Position numbers and translations under genes: made by a program. A stretch of DNA of 27,672 nt, from positions 1-27,672 of IMG/VR virus record IMGVR_UViG_3300026085_000008; one strand, given 5' to 3'. The notes below the pieces were generated by a model. The model worked only from the letters and a program-made list of their open reading frames with translations. It had not been told where the DNA came from and did no database searches. Every line of letters starts with the position of its first letter. Position 1 is the first letter of the stretch. This document shows, piece after piece, positions 1 to 9,383 of the stretch. The stretch is from a virus. Lineage: Duplodnaviria; Caudoviricetes.

Positions 1-27
1 AGTCAAGTTTACATTGTGATTACTCAT
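1..27 (-). CDS. Probable start of major capsid protein (runs off the window edge; MSNHNVNLT...)
   Basis: ATG at 27 lies 5 nt after the scaffold stop, frame open to the edge; the gene after a scaffold is usually the capsid gene. Only 9 codons visible. Confidence 0.4.
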
Positions 28-32
28 TTTAT

Positions 33-563
33 TTAGATTAATTTAGAAAATACTCGGTTAATTGTTGAACTTGGGCGGTTCTGCGCAAAGCGTACCATTT
101 CCTTTTGTCCTTCCTTTTGATTGGGCGCATGGTTGATTGGCTCAACTGCTGGTTCAGCAGATAGCTTTTCGATTTGCGCACTCAATTCAGCTTTTTCAGC
201 TTCATAAGATTCTTTTTCTTTCGCCATATCTCCTTTTGCAGATTCAATCAAATCCATAAGTTCAGAGATTTTAGCGTCAAATTCTTCACGAGAAATGTAC
301 TTATCATCTTCCATTTCTTCGACCTCAGCTTCTTCTTCTACCTCGTCTTGTGTTTCTTCGATAGAATCTTCAGCAAGTTCAGTAGTTTCTTCAACTACTT
401 CTTCTACTTCTTCAGACAACTCAACTTCTTCCTTGACCTCAACTTCGGCAGACACTTCTTCAGCAACAACATCTACGTTATCTACCTCTTGTGCCTCGTC
501 AGAATTAATCATAGAAAGTTTTTGCATAATGTCTTTCAGAATGTCAGTTGCTTTACCTTCCAT
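33..563 (-). CDS. Capsid scaffolding protein
   Basis: 176 aa, very Glu-rich, coiled-coil C-half, ends in basic/amphipathic tail (STINRVFSKLI); downstream of XkdF-like protease. Confidence 0.7.
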   Translation of the reverse strand: MEGKATDILKDIMQKLSMINSDEAQEVDNVDVVAEEVSAEVEVKEEVELSEEVEEVVEETTELAEDSIEETQDEVEEEAEVEEMEDDKYISREEFDAKISELMDLIESAKGDMAKEKESYEAEKAELSAQIEKLSAEPAVEPINHAPNQKEGQKEMVRFAQNRPSSTINRVFSKLI

Positions 564-594
564 AATAATAGTTTAACTTTAAAGTATATAATAA

Positions 595-617
595 TAATAA
601 ATAAAAATATTCTTGTT
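595..617 (-). promoter_or_regulatory. Candidate phage late promoter (AACAA-N14-ATTA variant) upstream of scaffold
   Basis: Minus strand AACAAgaatatttttatttATTA; same layout as motifs upstream of 1672, 9190 and 17085. Confidence 0.4.
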
Positions 618-753
618 AGATTTTTCCTATTCCTTGCGCCCTTAAAGTGCCATCACAGCACTTTCTTGAGTATTTTTTGCCGTCTTTACACAGACATCCT
701 CTTTTTGAGTTTCGTGGCGATGTTCTGCTTGGTGTTTCAAATGCTTTCTTCAT
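616..753 (-). CDS. Small Cys-rich basic protein, 45 aa (MKKAFETPSRTSPRNSKRGCLCKDGKKYSRKCCDGTLRAQGIGKI)
   Basis: Not in ORF track; fills gap between protease and scaffold, A-rich start context, CxC...CC motif. Confidence 0.75.
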   Translation of the reverse strand: MKKAFETPSRTSPRNSKRGCLCKDGKKYSRKCCDGTLRAQGIGKI

Positions 754-757
754 AATA

Positions 758-1672
758 TTACTTTAATTCGCCTAACTCACGCAATTTGCCTCTACTCCAA
801 GCCAAACCTGCTTTACCACCCCATAGAAGATACGATATAGTACCACAAGCCTTAGAATCATTAGGGTCATAGTATGTTTCTGCTCTTGACAAGTATGAAT
901 ACATCCTCTTAATCGTGGACAAGCTGAGTTTTTCACCTCTACTGAGCTGCTGTGCTCTTATTTTCCCTACGGAGGTGGCGCACTTGTTATTTACACTCCT
1001 ATTCAACTCAATACCGAGTTTAGCGTTGTTCCTAACAGCCTTTGGATAATCAGAATATGTTGCTAATTCGTACTTGTCGCCTAAAATTATGTTTGCTATC
1101 TCTAAAAGTATCTGTTTAGCTTCACTTTCTTCTTCAAGTTCCTCGATTTTAGACATAGCAACCTTATCCGTAAAGTAACCTTCTATTGAGAATCCTTTCA
1201 CTTTGCCTGATTTTACATAATCTTCCCAGACCTCATCGTTGTTTACCTTCATAGATACCATCCAAGTACCAAGAGGCATGTTTAAACCGTATTTACGGCT
1301 CTTGTCGTGCGTTTCATCCTCTACAATCCACGATTCTACCACAGACAAGCCGTGAAGCTCTGCCTGATGCTCTAAAGTGCTTCTATTTTGATTTCCTTGC
1401 ATCAAAAACAGCTCAGCAGCCTTTCTTACGGTATCTTCAGAGAAATATATGTAGTATTCATCCTCGCCATTACGTCTGTAAATATTCTTGTTGGGTATAA
1501 GTGCTGCACCCATGAGAATCTTCTTCTCTTTATCTACTTCTGCGAGTTGTACTTGTTTTTCTTCTGACAGGGCGATAAAATTTTCTTCTATCGCTGGGTT
1601 CTCTACGATTGATATGGCATCTATGCCAGACAACAATCCTTCTTCATCTATAAAAAGCTCTATAATCTTCAT
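758..1672 (-). CDS. XkdF-like putative prohead serine protease with extra C-terminal domain
   Basis: Motifs AISIVENPAIE, GAALIPNKNIYR, TLEH, VESW, GTW, VKGFSIEG typical of XkdF family; next to scaffold. Confidence 0.8.
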   Translation of the reverse strand: MKIIELFIDEEGLLSGIDAISIVENPAIEENFIALSEEKQVQLAEVDKEKKILMGAALIPNKNIYRRNGEDEYYIYFSEDTVRKAAELFLMQGNQNRSTLEHQAELHGLSVVESWIVEDETHDKSRKYGLNMPLGTWMVSMKVNNDEVWEDYVKSGKVKGFSIEGYFTDKVAMSKIEELEEESEAKQILLEIANIILGDKYELATYSDYPKAVRNNAKLGIELNRSVNNKCATSVGKIRAQQLSRGEKLSLSTIKRMYSYLSRAETYYDPNDSKACGTISYLLWGGKAGLAWSRGKLRELGELK

Positions 1673-1675
1673 AGT

Positions 1676-1706
1676 ATTAAATTAACCGAATGATGCGGTA
1701 TTTGTT
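1676..1706 (-). promoter_or_regulatory. Candidate phage late promoter (AACAA-N15-GTTAATTTAAT)
   Basis: Minus strand AACAAataccgcatcattcgGTTAATTTAAT just upstream of the XkdF ATG. Confidence 0.5.
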
Positions 1707-3541
1707 ATGTTTCTATCGAGTTCTTGTTGTGTTGAAATGTCTTTTCCAACTACAAATGCTCTTACTGGCTGTGCCTCAGCACCAGCTATTGTTTGCGCCA
1801 ACTGAGATTGACCAGATGCACCTACTACATTAAAATCAGGCGCTTCGATTGATACTCCTGTTCCCCCTCCGCCACCTGCTTCAGTAGCTGCGGTTTTTGC
1901 TTTTTTTACAGCATTTATTACGTTACCTATGATAGAGGCTGCCGTTAATGCGTATGCCGCTATTGCAAGTGGGTTTCCAGTTTTAGCCACAGACGCACCA
2001 CCAGCAGCAACATCCTTTTTAGCCACCGCAAGGTCAAGTGTAGCCTCTGTTATTTCGTTAGACGCTTTTGATTTAAGAACACCTATATCTAATAGCAACT
2101 CTTTTGCTGCTAAAACCTGCTTCATTATAAGGGCAGCTTTAGCTATGGCTGTTTCCTTATCAAATGCAGACGCAACCGCATCCAAAGAGGCTTCAAAATG
2201 CCTCTCATTTTCCATCTCTATCTCTCTATTGTAAAATGCAATTACAGCAGCTCTCGCTTTTGCTTTTTCATCCTCACTCGCTATTGATTGGTCAATGCTT
2301 TTTAGGTAAAAATCTCTCTCTAAAGATAATAGTGTTTGGTTTCTTAACAGCTCATCTTCTATTAGTTCAGTAGTAAATTCTTTCGTCAGGTTTCTCATTT
2401 GTTCTTGAGCATTGGAAAAGTCCTTAAAACTGATGGCGCTTAACTTACCAATACTTTTATCAAACTCACCTACTGCATTTTCAGCATTGAACAACTCAAC
2501 AATAAGTTTATTCAATTCGTCTATCAATGGCTGTATATTTTTATTGTACTCCTCTGTTATTTCAGCAGCTTCTTTAGTTGTTTTGTTTTGCCTACTTTGT
2601 ACAGCTTCAGCGCTATTTACATCTTGCCTGTATTTTTTTATTAAAGAAGAACCTGCGTCTATGGCTGAGTTAAAAATAAGACCCACGCCAGTTGAAGATA
2701 TAACTGATTTAGCGTATCTTGATATTGTTCCTATATTTTCTTGAAGCGATTGTGTTTTTCTATCAACAAAATCAGTCGCTTTAGATAGTGTAGAGTTTTG
2801 CGATTTCTCAAGGTCATTTAACTGTTTTTGTTTCTTGACCGTTAAATCTTGTATTTGATTTCTTACCGCATTTATTTGAGCCTCTATTGTTATTATTTTT
2901 ATCTTTTCTTTTATCAAGTCATTAGAGCGCTTTGTCAGTTTATTATTTTCGTCAAGTTTTAGGTTATTAAGACCAGTTTCCTTTTTTACCTTAATCAACA
3001 GCTTTTCCTTTTGGGCGAGAGATAGGTTATTTGAATTTAACAATTCTTGGTATCTCGACAACACTAAAACTTGTGTTTTTATAGAAGCCGTTGCCTTAGC
3101 CACCGCCTCAGCTAATGCATTTGCTGAATCCTTGCTCTCATTCAAGTTTTTTATTATTCTCGGTAAGAATGTTATTAAAAGTTGTATTCCTATAAGTAGT
3201 AGGTTACTGAATTTAAGTAGGCTTTTTATGGAGTTTGCATAACCACCAGTTGCATCTTTAGAAGCTCTAAATAAGTTTATGAGTTGAGATAAGTTATTCG
3301 CTATTGCCGTAAAACCAAAACTAACATCAGATGCAAGTCTGCTGGTTTCCATCAATATCGCATTATTTAACCCAGAGTCAGTCCTATTTTGCTTTATCTT
3401 CTTGTTCGCTTTATCGACACTTGAACCCATTTTTGTTACAGACCCAGATACTTGGTCAATAACACGTTTTGTTTGAGAGCTACCAGCTTGAAGTTGCTGG
3501 TTGTCCAATAATACCTGTATAATTATTTTACTTTCTGCCAT
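1682..3541 (-). CDS. Tail tape measure protein
   Basis: 619 aa helical, Ala/Lys/Ser-rich, hydrophobic segments, N-terminal 'D.SFGF.AIANN' and C-terminal 'P.FNVVG...RAFVV..DI' motifs. Confidence 0.75.
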   Translation of the reverse strand: MAESKIIIQVLLDNQQLQAGSSQTKRVIDQVSGSVTKMGSSVDKANKKIKQNRTDSGLNNAILMETSRLASDVSFGFTAIANNLSQLINLFRASKDATGGYANSIKSLLKFSNLLLIGIQLLITFLPRIIKNLNESKDSANALAEAVAKATASIKTQVLVLSRYQELLNSNNLSLAQKEKLLIKVKKETGLNNLKLDENNKLTKRSNDLIKEKIKIITIEAQINAVRNQIQDLTVKKQKQLNDLEKSQNSTLSKATDFVDRKTQSLQENIGTISRYAKSVISSTGVGLIFNSAIDAGSSLIKKYRQDVNSAEAVQSRQNKTTKEAAEITEEYNKNIQPLIDELNKLIVELFNAENAVGEFDKSIGKLSAISFKDFSNAQEQMRNLTKEFTTELIEDELLRNQTLLSLERDFYLKSIDQSIASEDEKAKARAAVIAFYNREIEMENERHFEASLDAVASAFDKETAIAKAALIMKQVLAAKELLLDIGVLKSKASNEITEATLDLAVAKKDVAAGGASVAKTGNPLAIAAYALTAASIIGNVINAVKKAKTAATEAGGGGGTGVSIEAPDFNVVGASGQSQLAQTIAGAEAQPVRAFVVGKDISTQQELDRNITNTASFG

Positions 3542-3695
3542 TTCTGTATGCTTTAGATTCTTTTACTCTTTTTACTTGTTCCACTACATCACTCCAGTTG
3601 CTGCACCCCTCATACAATCCTTTGGCGACATCTACATTATGAGATACACCATACCAATCAGATAGTTGCAATAAGTCTATTAAATTCTTTATCAT
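3528..3695 (-). CDS. Small hypothetical protein, 55 aa (MIKNLIDLLQLSDWYGVSHNVDVAKGLYEG...NGRK)
   Basis: Not in track; overlaps stop of 3692..6130 (ATGA) and start of tape measure gene. Confidence 0.7.
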   Translation of the reverse strand: MIKNLIDLLQLSDWYGVSHNVDVAKGLYEGCSNWSDVVEQVKRVKESKAYRNGRK

Positions 3696-6130
3696 AATAC
3701 GTTTAATAATTCAAGTTTAGATTCGCCTGTTTTTAGATTGGTGTTTATTGAATTTATAGTAAACACCTTGTCGCCTATCTGAAATCTATCATTCAGCTTA
3801 TAGTTTAGTAATATGCTGTTTGGTAAATGTGCTGTCAGCTTAAATATACGCTTCTTTGGATTGAAGGCGTCTGTAATATATGTTTCATAGAACACCTTAA
3901 ACAATGAATTTGTGCTTTGACCAAAATTTGTTCTTGAATATTCGTCAATCTCAATGTCAAAATTAAGGCTAAAATTAGGAACACGAAATATTTCATAATC
4001 ATCTCCGCTAACAAATATATCATCTGCAAGTTCAAGTTCTGTAAGACTTATCCCTGAAACAATAGTTGTTTGTGTATTGTCTGTTGTGTTATATACAATA
4101 TCACCAACATAAACACCAAAAAACGCAAACGGATTAGTTGTGTCTATTAAACGAAATGCAGATGTAGCACTCGCTGTTCCTGATTTAACAACATCGTTAC
4201 TAACTACTTCATTGGAATTAGATGGCATCCAGTAAGAAGTTAAATCTGTATGTGTTGAACCTTCAAGCCAACTCAAAGGAGTTGAAGAAAGATTTGTCCT
4301 TCTGATACCGTAAAATAATATTGGCGCAGTAAGAACAGAATCGTAATCACCTGTTGGGGGGGTTGCAGTAGATTCAGGTTTAAAGTTATCACCTGCTGAA
4401 TAACCCCATTGATATTCAGTTAAATCTCCTGTATCTTCATCTTCTAACCTCTCAAACTTAAGATGCTCAAAGGGAAGTTCCACTTTATATGGTTTGCCTC
4501 TATCTACTTCTTTAGGCGCATATTCAGAATCGCCAAATATATCATTGAACGCTTCTTTGTGCTGAAGCATTAAAAGCGTCTTTGGGTCTTTGTACTTAAA
4601 CTCTATCTCGCTAAATGGTATTGTAGCATCAATATCCGTTTCAGATGAATCTACATATTTGGTTATGTCAAATATCTGAGGGTTGTCATCATAGAAATCA
4701 TCAAGGGGTAAAACTCTTATCTTACCGAAGTCAGCGTCAGATTCATCATCTACATAATATGCTGTAAGATTAAACATCTTAAACAAACCAGTCATAAAGT
4801 CGTAAACCTTAATATCGGGTACTCTTTCTGTCGGTACAATACTAACTACGGGAGATATTGATGATGGTGTATATACCCCAGTATATGTTGTCTGTATTAT
4901 ACCACCTCTAATTCTCTTTATCCTTTCTATAATTTCGATTGAAGCTGTAGCTGTAAATGCGGTATTAGCAACTACAATCCATTGAAGGGAATAAGTCCTT
5001 TGCTTTCTTCCAGTTAGGTCTAATCTTAATGTTTGACTTCCGTTTAAACCAGAAAACTCACTAAGAACTTCATCGTTGTTATTTTTATCAATGATTTTAA
5101 CGGTATAATCCAAAGACGATGTTGTTGTTATGGATAAATTAAATGTAAAATCATTATAGTTTGGAAAGAAGTAAGAATAATACTGAGTACAGTTTAAATT
5201 GCTATTGGTTAAATTTCCTGAATCGCTGAAATAAACGGTATCATTAGGTACAAAACTACTAAGTCCTGTTCCTGATGAATATGTGAATGAGTTTAATATA
5301 TTTTCAGCATCATTATCCGTAGCGCCTATACCACCTTTTTCACGGCTGAGCCACATATATAGTCCATCGAGGACATTTTCAGAAGATGAGTAAAAGAAAT
5401 CATCTGTAAATTCTATTCCGTATTTATCTTCTATTGCATCTATTACGGATTCTAACTTAACAGCAGGTTTTAAGTCTGTGTAATCTACACCCCTATATGG
5501 ACTTCCTGCATTATAAGCAATATTCCCTGACAAAGTATTTGAATCGTTATTACTTGAATTGTAAAACAATCTCTTTGTTGGAGTTATAAGGGGGTATATA
5601 ATTGCATCTATTTCTGATAATGTATCAAATGTTGATAGTCCTAATCTGAAGCCTTCTTTAACTTTGCTGTTATTCCATTCGTGAGTGAAGTTGTTAAGCC
5701 ATTCTAAAGACTCTAATTTATCATCGCCAAACAAGTCTTTTAGGTTTACTGTATTTCCATAGAATGTAATATTATAGGCGTAAGGCTTATTATCCTTCAT
5801 TTTAACGCCATTTAAAACTATTTTACCTCTACGGAATGGAGTGTAGTTTATTTCAATTATAGCATCTTTTTTGGTTCTTGCATCAAATACCCCCACTTCT
5901 TGAGTACCCGATGTTTGACCCTCTATAAAGTAATTATAGAAGTGGGCGAATATCTTATTGTTTGTTTTAGATGCAGGTAAAGTGAATGATTGAGAATAGT
6001 CTGTAAACACCTTAGAAATATCTCGTATGTCTTGTATCTTAGATGTTACGGATATTGTTTCATCGTCAAACAAATCTACCTTTTGGTAATCACCATAAGT
6101 GTCCTTTATGTATAGAATAACTTTATTCAT
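3692..6130 (-). CDS. Large minor tail / distal tail structural protein
   Basis: 812 aa, N-terminal 'DLF.DE.IS....IQDI.DI...F.DYS.SF.LPAS..NN.IF' typical of Bacteroidota siphophage tail proteins; beta-rich S/T middle. Confidence 0.7.
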   Translation of the reverse strand: MNKVILYIKDTYGDYQKVDLFDDETISVTSKIQDIRDISKVFTDYSQSFTLPASKTNNKIFAHFYNYFIEGQTSGTQEVGVFDARTKKDAIIEINYTPFRRGKIVLNGVKMKDNKPYAYNITFYGNTVNLKDLFGDDKLESLEWLNNFTHEWNNSKVKEGFRLGLSTFDTLSEIDAIIYPLITPTKRLFYNSSNNDSNTLSGNIAYNAGSPYRGVDYTDLKPAVKLESVIDAIEDKYGIEFTDDFFYSSSENVLDGLYMWLSREKGGIGATDNDAENILNSFTYSSGTGLSSFVPNDTVYFSDSGNLTNSNLNCTQYYSYFFPNYNDFTFNLSITTTSSLDYTVKIIDKNNNDEVLSEFSGLNGSQTLRLDLTGRKQRTYSLQWIVVANTAFTATASIEIIERIKRIRGGIIQTTYTGVYTPSSISPVVSIVPTERVPDIKVYDFMTGLFKMFNLTAYYVDDESDADFGKIRVLPLDDFYDDNPQIFDITKYVDSSETDIDATIPFSEIEFKYKDPKTLLMLQHKEAFNDIFGDSEYAPKEVDRGKPYKVELPFEHLKFERLEDEDTGDLTEYQWGYSAGDNFKPESTATPPTGDYDSVLTAPILFYGIRRTNLSSTPLSWLEGSTHTDLTSYWMPSNSNEVVSNDVVKSGTASATSAFRLIDTTNPFAFFGVYVGDIVYNTTDNTQTTIVSGISLTELELADDIFVSGDDYEIFRVPNFSLNFDIEIDEYSRTNFGQSTNSLFKVFYETYITDAFNPKKRIFKLTAHLPNSILLNYKLNDRFQIGDKVFTINSINTNLKTGESKLELLNVL

Positions 6131-7347
6131 TATCGAATATTGTTTATCTTGTCAAATGCCATATCAAATTCAATGGTATAGTTTGCCAACTTATCATTTA
6201 AACTTGTCTTATATGTAATAGATTTAGTTCTTGGCGATATTGGTAAAACGAGTTCTTCATCTGTTAGCTTGGTCATCCAAACCTGTTCAGACAGCATCAA
6301 CTCCTCCATAACAGCGTTGTGGTCGTCATTCAAGTAACCTGTATTCATTGTTATCCTGTCGCTTCCGTTTACTTGGAAGGACTGCTTTTGGTGTTGATAT
6401 GTATTGTATGATAAAGTGCCTTCGTTAAATGTAGAACGCTTATAGCTTTCTCCACGAACATCTGTGGTTTCTGTTGACTTAAGTCTGAACCAAAGGTCTT
6501 GTAGTGCGCCACATTTGTTTACAAAGGTTACTTTGATTGGAGTATATATTGAACAGTCAGCGGTTTTTATCTTTATGATGTCTGTTTTTGTGTCGTCTGT
6601 TGATGTAACACTTCCTGCGCCTGTAAAATCTGTTCCTAAATCATAGGTAACCCAAACCTCATCAACAAGACCGACATCAATATTTTCCAAGAAATCACTA
6701 AGACATCCTGACACTTCTAAAGTGCCGCCATCAGCTAAAACTCTTTCCTGATATGTATCTGTATCATCAGAGCCACTTACGGTAACATAATCTATTCTGT
6801 CATCTGTGTTTGCTGGAACTCCTGTTAAGATTCTTATAGTACGTTTTAAAGCACCTTTATAATAAAAAGATACACTACGAGTATTAGGTGCATATACAGG
6901 TATTCTTACGTTTGAATCGTTTATCCTGAATATCGTCCTGTTTGACATTAGCGCACCTATATTACCCAATGGACTATCTGCGGATTGCGCACCATCTTCA
7001 AAATATGTATATCCATCAAGTGCAATATAATTAACAGGCGTAGGGGTTTCAGACCCACTTGTTTTTGTTAATGTCAGCGTTGGTCTTACCCATACACATT
7101 GACTATCATATTGTCCATTAAACTCAATATCCAAATAATCTCTTACAAGCTCACTAATCTCAAAAACAACATAGTTGTTAGAGCCAATAGGTGCTTTAGA
7201 TATGGTATATCTCAATTCGCTTGATGTAGGAGGGTCTAATCTATCTCCTGTATATATATACAGTTCCATTTGCGCTATTTCCAGCGTACCACTTGCGGGT
7301 TCTGCTTTAATGTAAAACGGACTCCTTACGTTTATTCTTGTTGACAT
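6130..7347 (-). CDS. Tail structural protein
   Basis: 405 aa in tail operon; C-terminal 'FVNK.G..Q..WF...NTGY....ELMLSE.VW' block. Confidence 0.6.
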   Translation of the reverse strand: MSTRINVRSPFYIKAEPASGTLEIAQMELYIYTGDRLDPPTSSELRYTISKAPIGSNNYVVFEISELVRDYLDIEFNGQYDSQCVWVRPTLTLTKTSGSETPTPVNYIALDGYTYFEDGAQSADSPLGNIGALMSNRTIFRINDSNVRIPVYAPNTRSVSFYYKGALKRTIRILTGVPANTDDRIDYVTVSGSDDTDTYQERVLADGGTLEVSGCLSDFLENIDVGLVDEVWVTYDLGTDFTGAGSVTSTDDTKTDIIKIKTADCSIYTPIKVTFVNKCGALQDLWFRLKSTETTDVRGESYKRSTFNEGTLSYNTYQHQKQSFQVNGSDRITMNTGYLNDDHNAVMEELMLSEQVWMTKLTDEELVLPISPRTKSITYKTSLNDKLANYTIEFDMAFDKINNIR

Positions 7348-7348
7348 A

Positions 7349-7918
7349 TTATTTTGTTTCTATCGTGTATTCGTTTCCTTTTTTAGTATATCCCATCTCT
7401 AATAGCATTTCGTGTACAAGAACTTTAGCATCTTCAACTACTGGTTCGGTTATTCCTTCAAGTAGTGCTTTGTAGCGATTTTCGTACAAACCTTGTAGGA
7501 AATTTAACGGCTTACCTCTGTTTAATCCCTTATCATCTATACTTCGCCCAATAACAAATGCGAGGCTTCTAATCTGCTTTTCTTTAGTAGCACCCTTTAT
7601 CTTTGATGATTCTATTGTTACTGGCTTTCTCTTTATCCAGTTTACAAGTGCATCAATGTTAGGGAAGTGCTTTCCAGTTCCCTCATCAAGCGATTCAATG
7701 TAGCTGTTCGCTAATAGTTGTGCGTCTAATGATTCTCCTTTTTCATCAATCTTAACCATTAGGCTGTTTGCTAAATCACCTGTTGCGTCTAACTTATATG
7801 CGCCACCAAATGCTCTGTTTATAGCTTCTTCTTTTATAAATCTTCTATACAAGTCGAGTGTGTCGTTCTGCATAAACGATGTAATGTATGCTTTTGTATT
7901 TTTTAGTTTAATGTTCAT
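7349..7918 (-). CDS. Putative tail completion / neck protein
   Basis: 189 aa basic; 'ATG.L..S', 'GTGKHFP', 'L..WI..K', 'AFVI.RSI...G' as in virion morphogenesis proteins; position. Confidence 0.55.
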   Translation of the reverse strand: MNIKLKNTKAYITSFMQNDTLDLYRRFIKEEAINRAFGGAYKLDATGDLANSLMVKIDEKGESLDAQLLANSYIESLDEGTGKHFPNIDALVNWIKRKPVTIESSKIKGATKEKQIRSLAFVIGRSIDDKGLNRGKPLNFLQGLYENRYKALLEGITEPVVEDAKVLVHEMLLEMGYTKKGNEYTIETK

Positions 7919-8412
7919 TATCTACAAGCATCCCCTGTTGCGTTAATCAAGCTCATATCATCATTGGCGACTTGAAGCGTTAAGTCAAGACTCCAGCCAG
8001 TAAGTAGGTTCTCGAATCTATCTTCAAACAAGTTGGCGCTAACATCCGATACAACTTGATACTTATCTCTGAATAGTTCGCCTCTGCGCAAAGAAGCCTG
8101 TAATCCATTGATTACTGTCAGTTGGGTATTCAATATGTCGTGCTTGTTGTCTAATCCTCTGTACGGAATAGTTGCTGTGGCGAGTTTGTCATCTTTATTC
8201 TCATCTACTAAATCCATACAAATCACTTGTAGGTTGAACTGCATCACGTAATCGGTGAACGACACACTCTGAATATTAACGTGCGCCAAAGGAAATATAG
8301 TTTGCTTAGATAAGTCCACTTGGAATATATCGCCAAAGGTAACTGTATTGACAGATGGGCTACCATTCAAATACGTGTATAGTTTATCTACTAAGTCGTA
8401 ATACTCTCTCAT
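7918..8412 (-). CDS. Putative tail terminator / tail completion protein
   Basis: 164 aa; 'VNTVT.GD..VDL.KQTIFPLAH', 'F.DRFEN.L.GW' pattern; position. Confidence 0.6.
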   Translation of the reverse strand: MREYYDLVDKLYTYLNGSPSVNTVTFGDIFQVDLSKQTIFPLAHVNIQSVSFTDYVMQFNLQVICMDLVDENKDDKLATATIPYRGLDNKHDILNTQLTVINGLQASLRRGELFRDKYQVVSDVSANLFEDRFENLLTGWSLDLTLQVANDDMSLINATGDACR

Positions 8413-8678
8413 AAGTTTCTATTGTGTGCGTTCTTTATTAGTTGTGCTTCCAATTCGTTCTTCTCTTTTTCAAATGTTAGGTAGTTGAGGCATTGGAATA
8501 ATTCTGTTTGCGTAACGGCATCGAATCTAAGGACATCCCCTTGAGCAAGTCCATATATTGATTGATACCATCCCCACTTTGCGCCAAAGTTTGCTTGAGC
8601 AGATAAGTCTGTTCTTCCGTCAGACTGCTTTGTATAAAGTTCGGGATAGCTTTCAACAACTCCATCCCTAAATCGTAA
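8409..8678 (-). CDS. Frameshifted (-1) C-terminal segment of tail chaperone (gpGT-like; full product 9190..8409, about 260 aa)
   Basis: -1 frame after GTT TTT TTT open for 89 codons (LRFRDGVVESYPELY...KWGWYQSIYGLAQGD...FEKEKNELE...RNL), no own ATG, TGA overlaps ATG of next gene. Confidence 0.75.
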   Translation of the reverse strand, partial: LRFRDGVVESYPELYTKQSDGRTDLSAQANFGAKWGWYQSIYGLAQGDVLRFDAVTQTELFQCLNYLTFEKEKNELEAQLIKNAHNRNL

Positions 8679-9190
8679 AAAAAAACCATTGAACTCATTA
8701 CCACATCAAGTGGCATTTCTCTCATTAGTTCAGACACCTCATCGCTTGGTTCGTATGGCGCAATAGTATATCTTTCCTTGCTTCTAAAGTTTACAGGGCG
8801 ATAAAGCACAGCCATCGCTTTGTGCATTGTTTCCCAATCGGAAATGTTATCCTCAGCGTCTATATATTCGCCAAGAGAAATACGTTCAAGATTCGGTATG
8901 AATCCCATATCGACATCAAGTAGTTTAAAGTGGCGAATAAGCTCAGGCTTTTCCTCAAACGCTTTGGCAAGGATATGCAATACCTTTTCTACTTCGCTTA
9001 CTGGAATACGCATTACATCCTTTAGTTCTATGTTACAGAATATCTCAATAAGTTTCATATTGAGAAAGTCAGTTGCGCTCTCATCATCTTTGTTCTGCTC
9101 AACAAGTTTCATATACCTCTGATACTGTCCAAGCGTAATGTCGCCAAGAGTAGTAGGTACTGATAATTCTAATTGTGCTTTCTTACCCAT
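8477..9190 (-). CDS. Tail assembly chaperone (gpG-like, unshifted product)
   Basis: 237 aa; 'ITLGQYQ', 'GFIPNLE.ISLGEYID', 'MAVLYRP'; slippery U9 run at MVFF. Confidence 0.65.
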   Translation of the reverse strand: MGKKAQLELSVPTTLGDITLGQYQRYMKLVEQNKDDESATDFLNMKLIEIFCNIELKDVMRIPVSEVEKVLHILAKAFEEKPELIRHFKLLDVDMGFIPNLERISLGEYIDAEDNISDWETMHKAMAVLYRPVNFRSKERYTIAPYEPSDEVSELMREMPLDVVMSSMVFFYDLGMELLKAIPNFIQSSLTEEQTYLLKQTLAQSGDGINQYMDLLKGMSLDSMPLRKQNYSNASTT

Positions 9191-9220
9191 ATTAAATTAA
9201 CATTGAATTTAGTTATTGTT
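9191..9220 (-). promoter_or_regulatory. Candidate phage late promoter (AACAA-N14-GTTAATTTAAT) for tail operon
   Basis: Minus strand AACAAtaactaaattcaatGTTAATTTAAT directly before ATG 9190. Confidence 0.55.
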
Positions 9221-9268
9221 TGTCCAACTGCCTTAGTGGCGGTATATATTATAATAGTTATACTATGT

Positions 9269-9383
9269 ATCACTAAGTGTATCATGTTACACTAAGTGTA
9301 TTACGTTACACTAAGTGTACCATAAATATATAAAATACACTAAGTGTATTATACACTAAGTGTATTATGTTACACTAAGTGTA
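9269..9383. repeat. Array of 6 near-palindromic TACACTAAGTGTA units (3 + AT spacer + 3), mostly 19-bp period
   Basis: Copies start at 9269, 9288, 9307, 9336, 9352, 9371. Confidence 0.95.

Noticed and set aside
174-755. Plus-strand ORFs 174..755 and 295..576, and other plus-strand track ORFs except 13769..14209
   Set aside because: Antisense shadows of well-supported minus-strand genes (Phe/Ser-rich mirror of Glu/Lys codons)
9269-9383. CRISPR-like reading of the TACACTAAGTGTA arrays (also 24025-24143)
   Set aside because: 13-bp units with mostly 3-6 bp linkers; no unique spacer-length sequences and no cas genes
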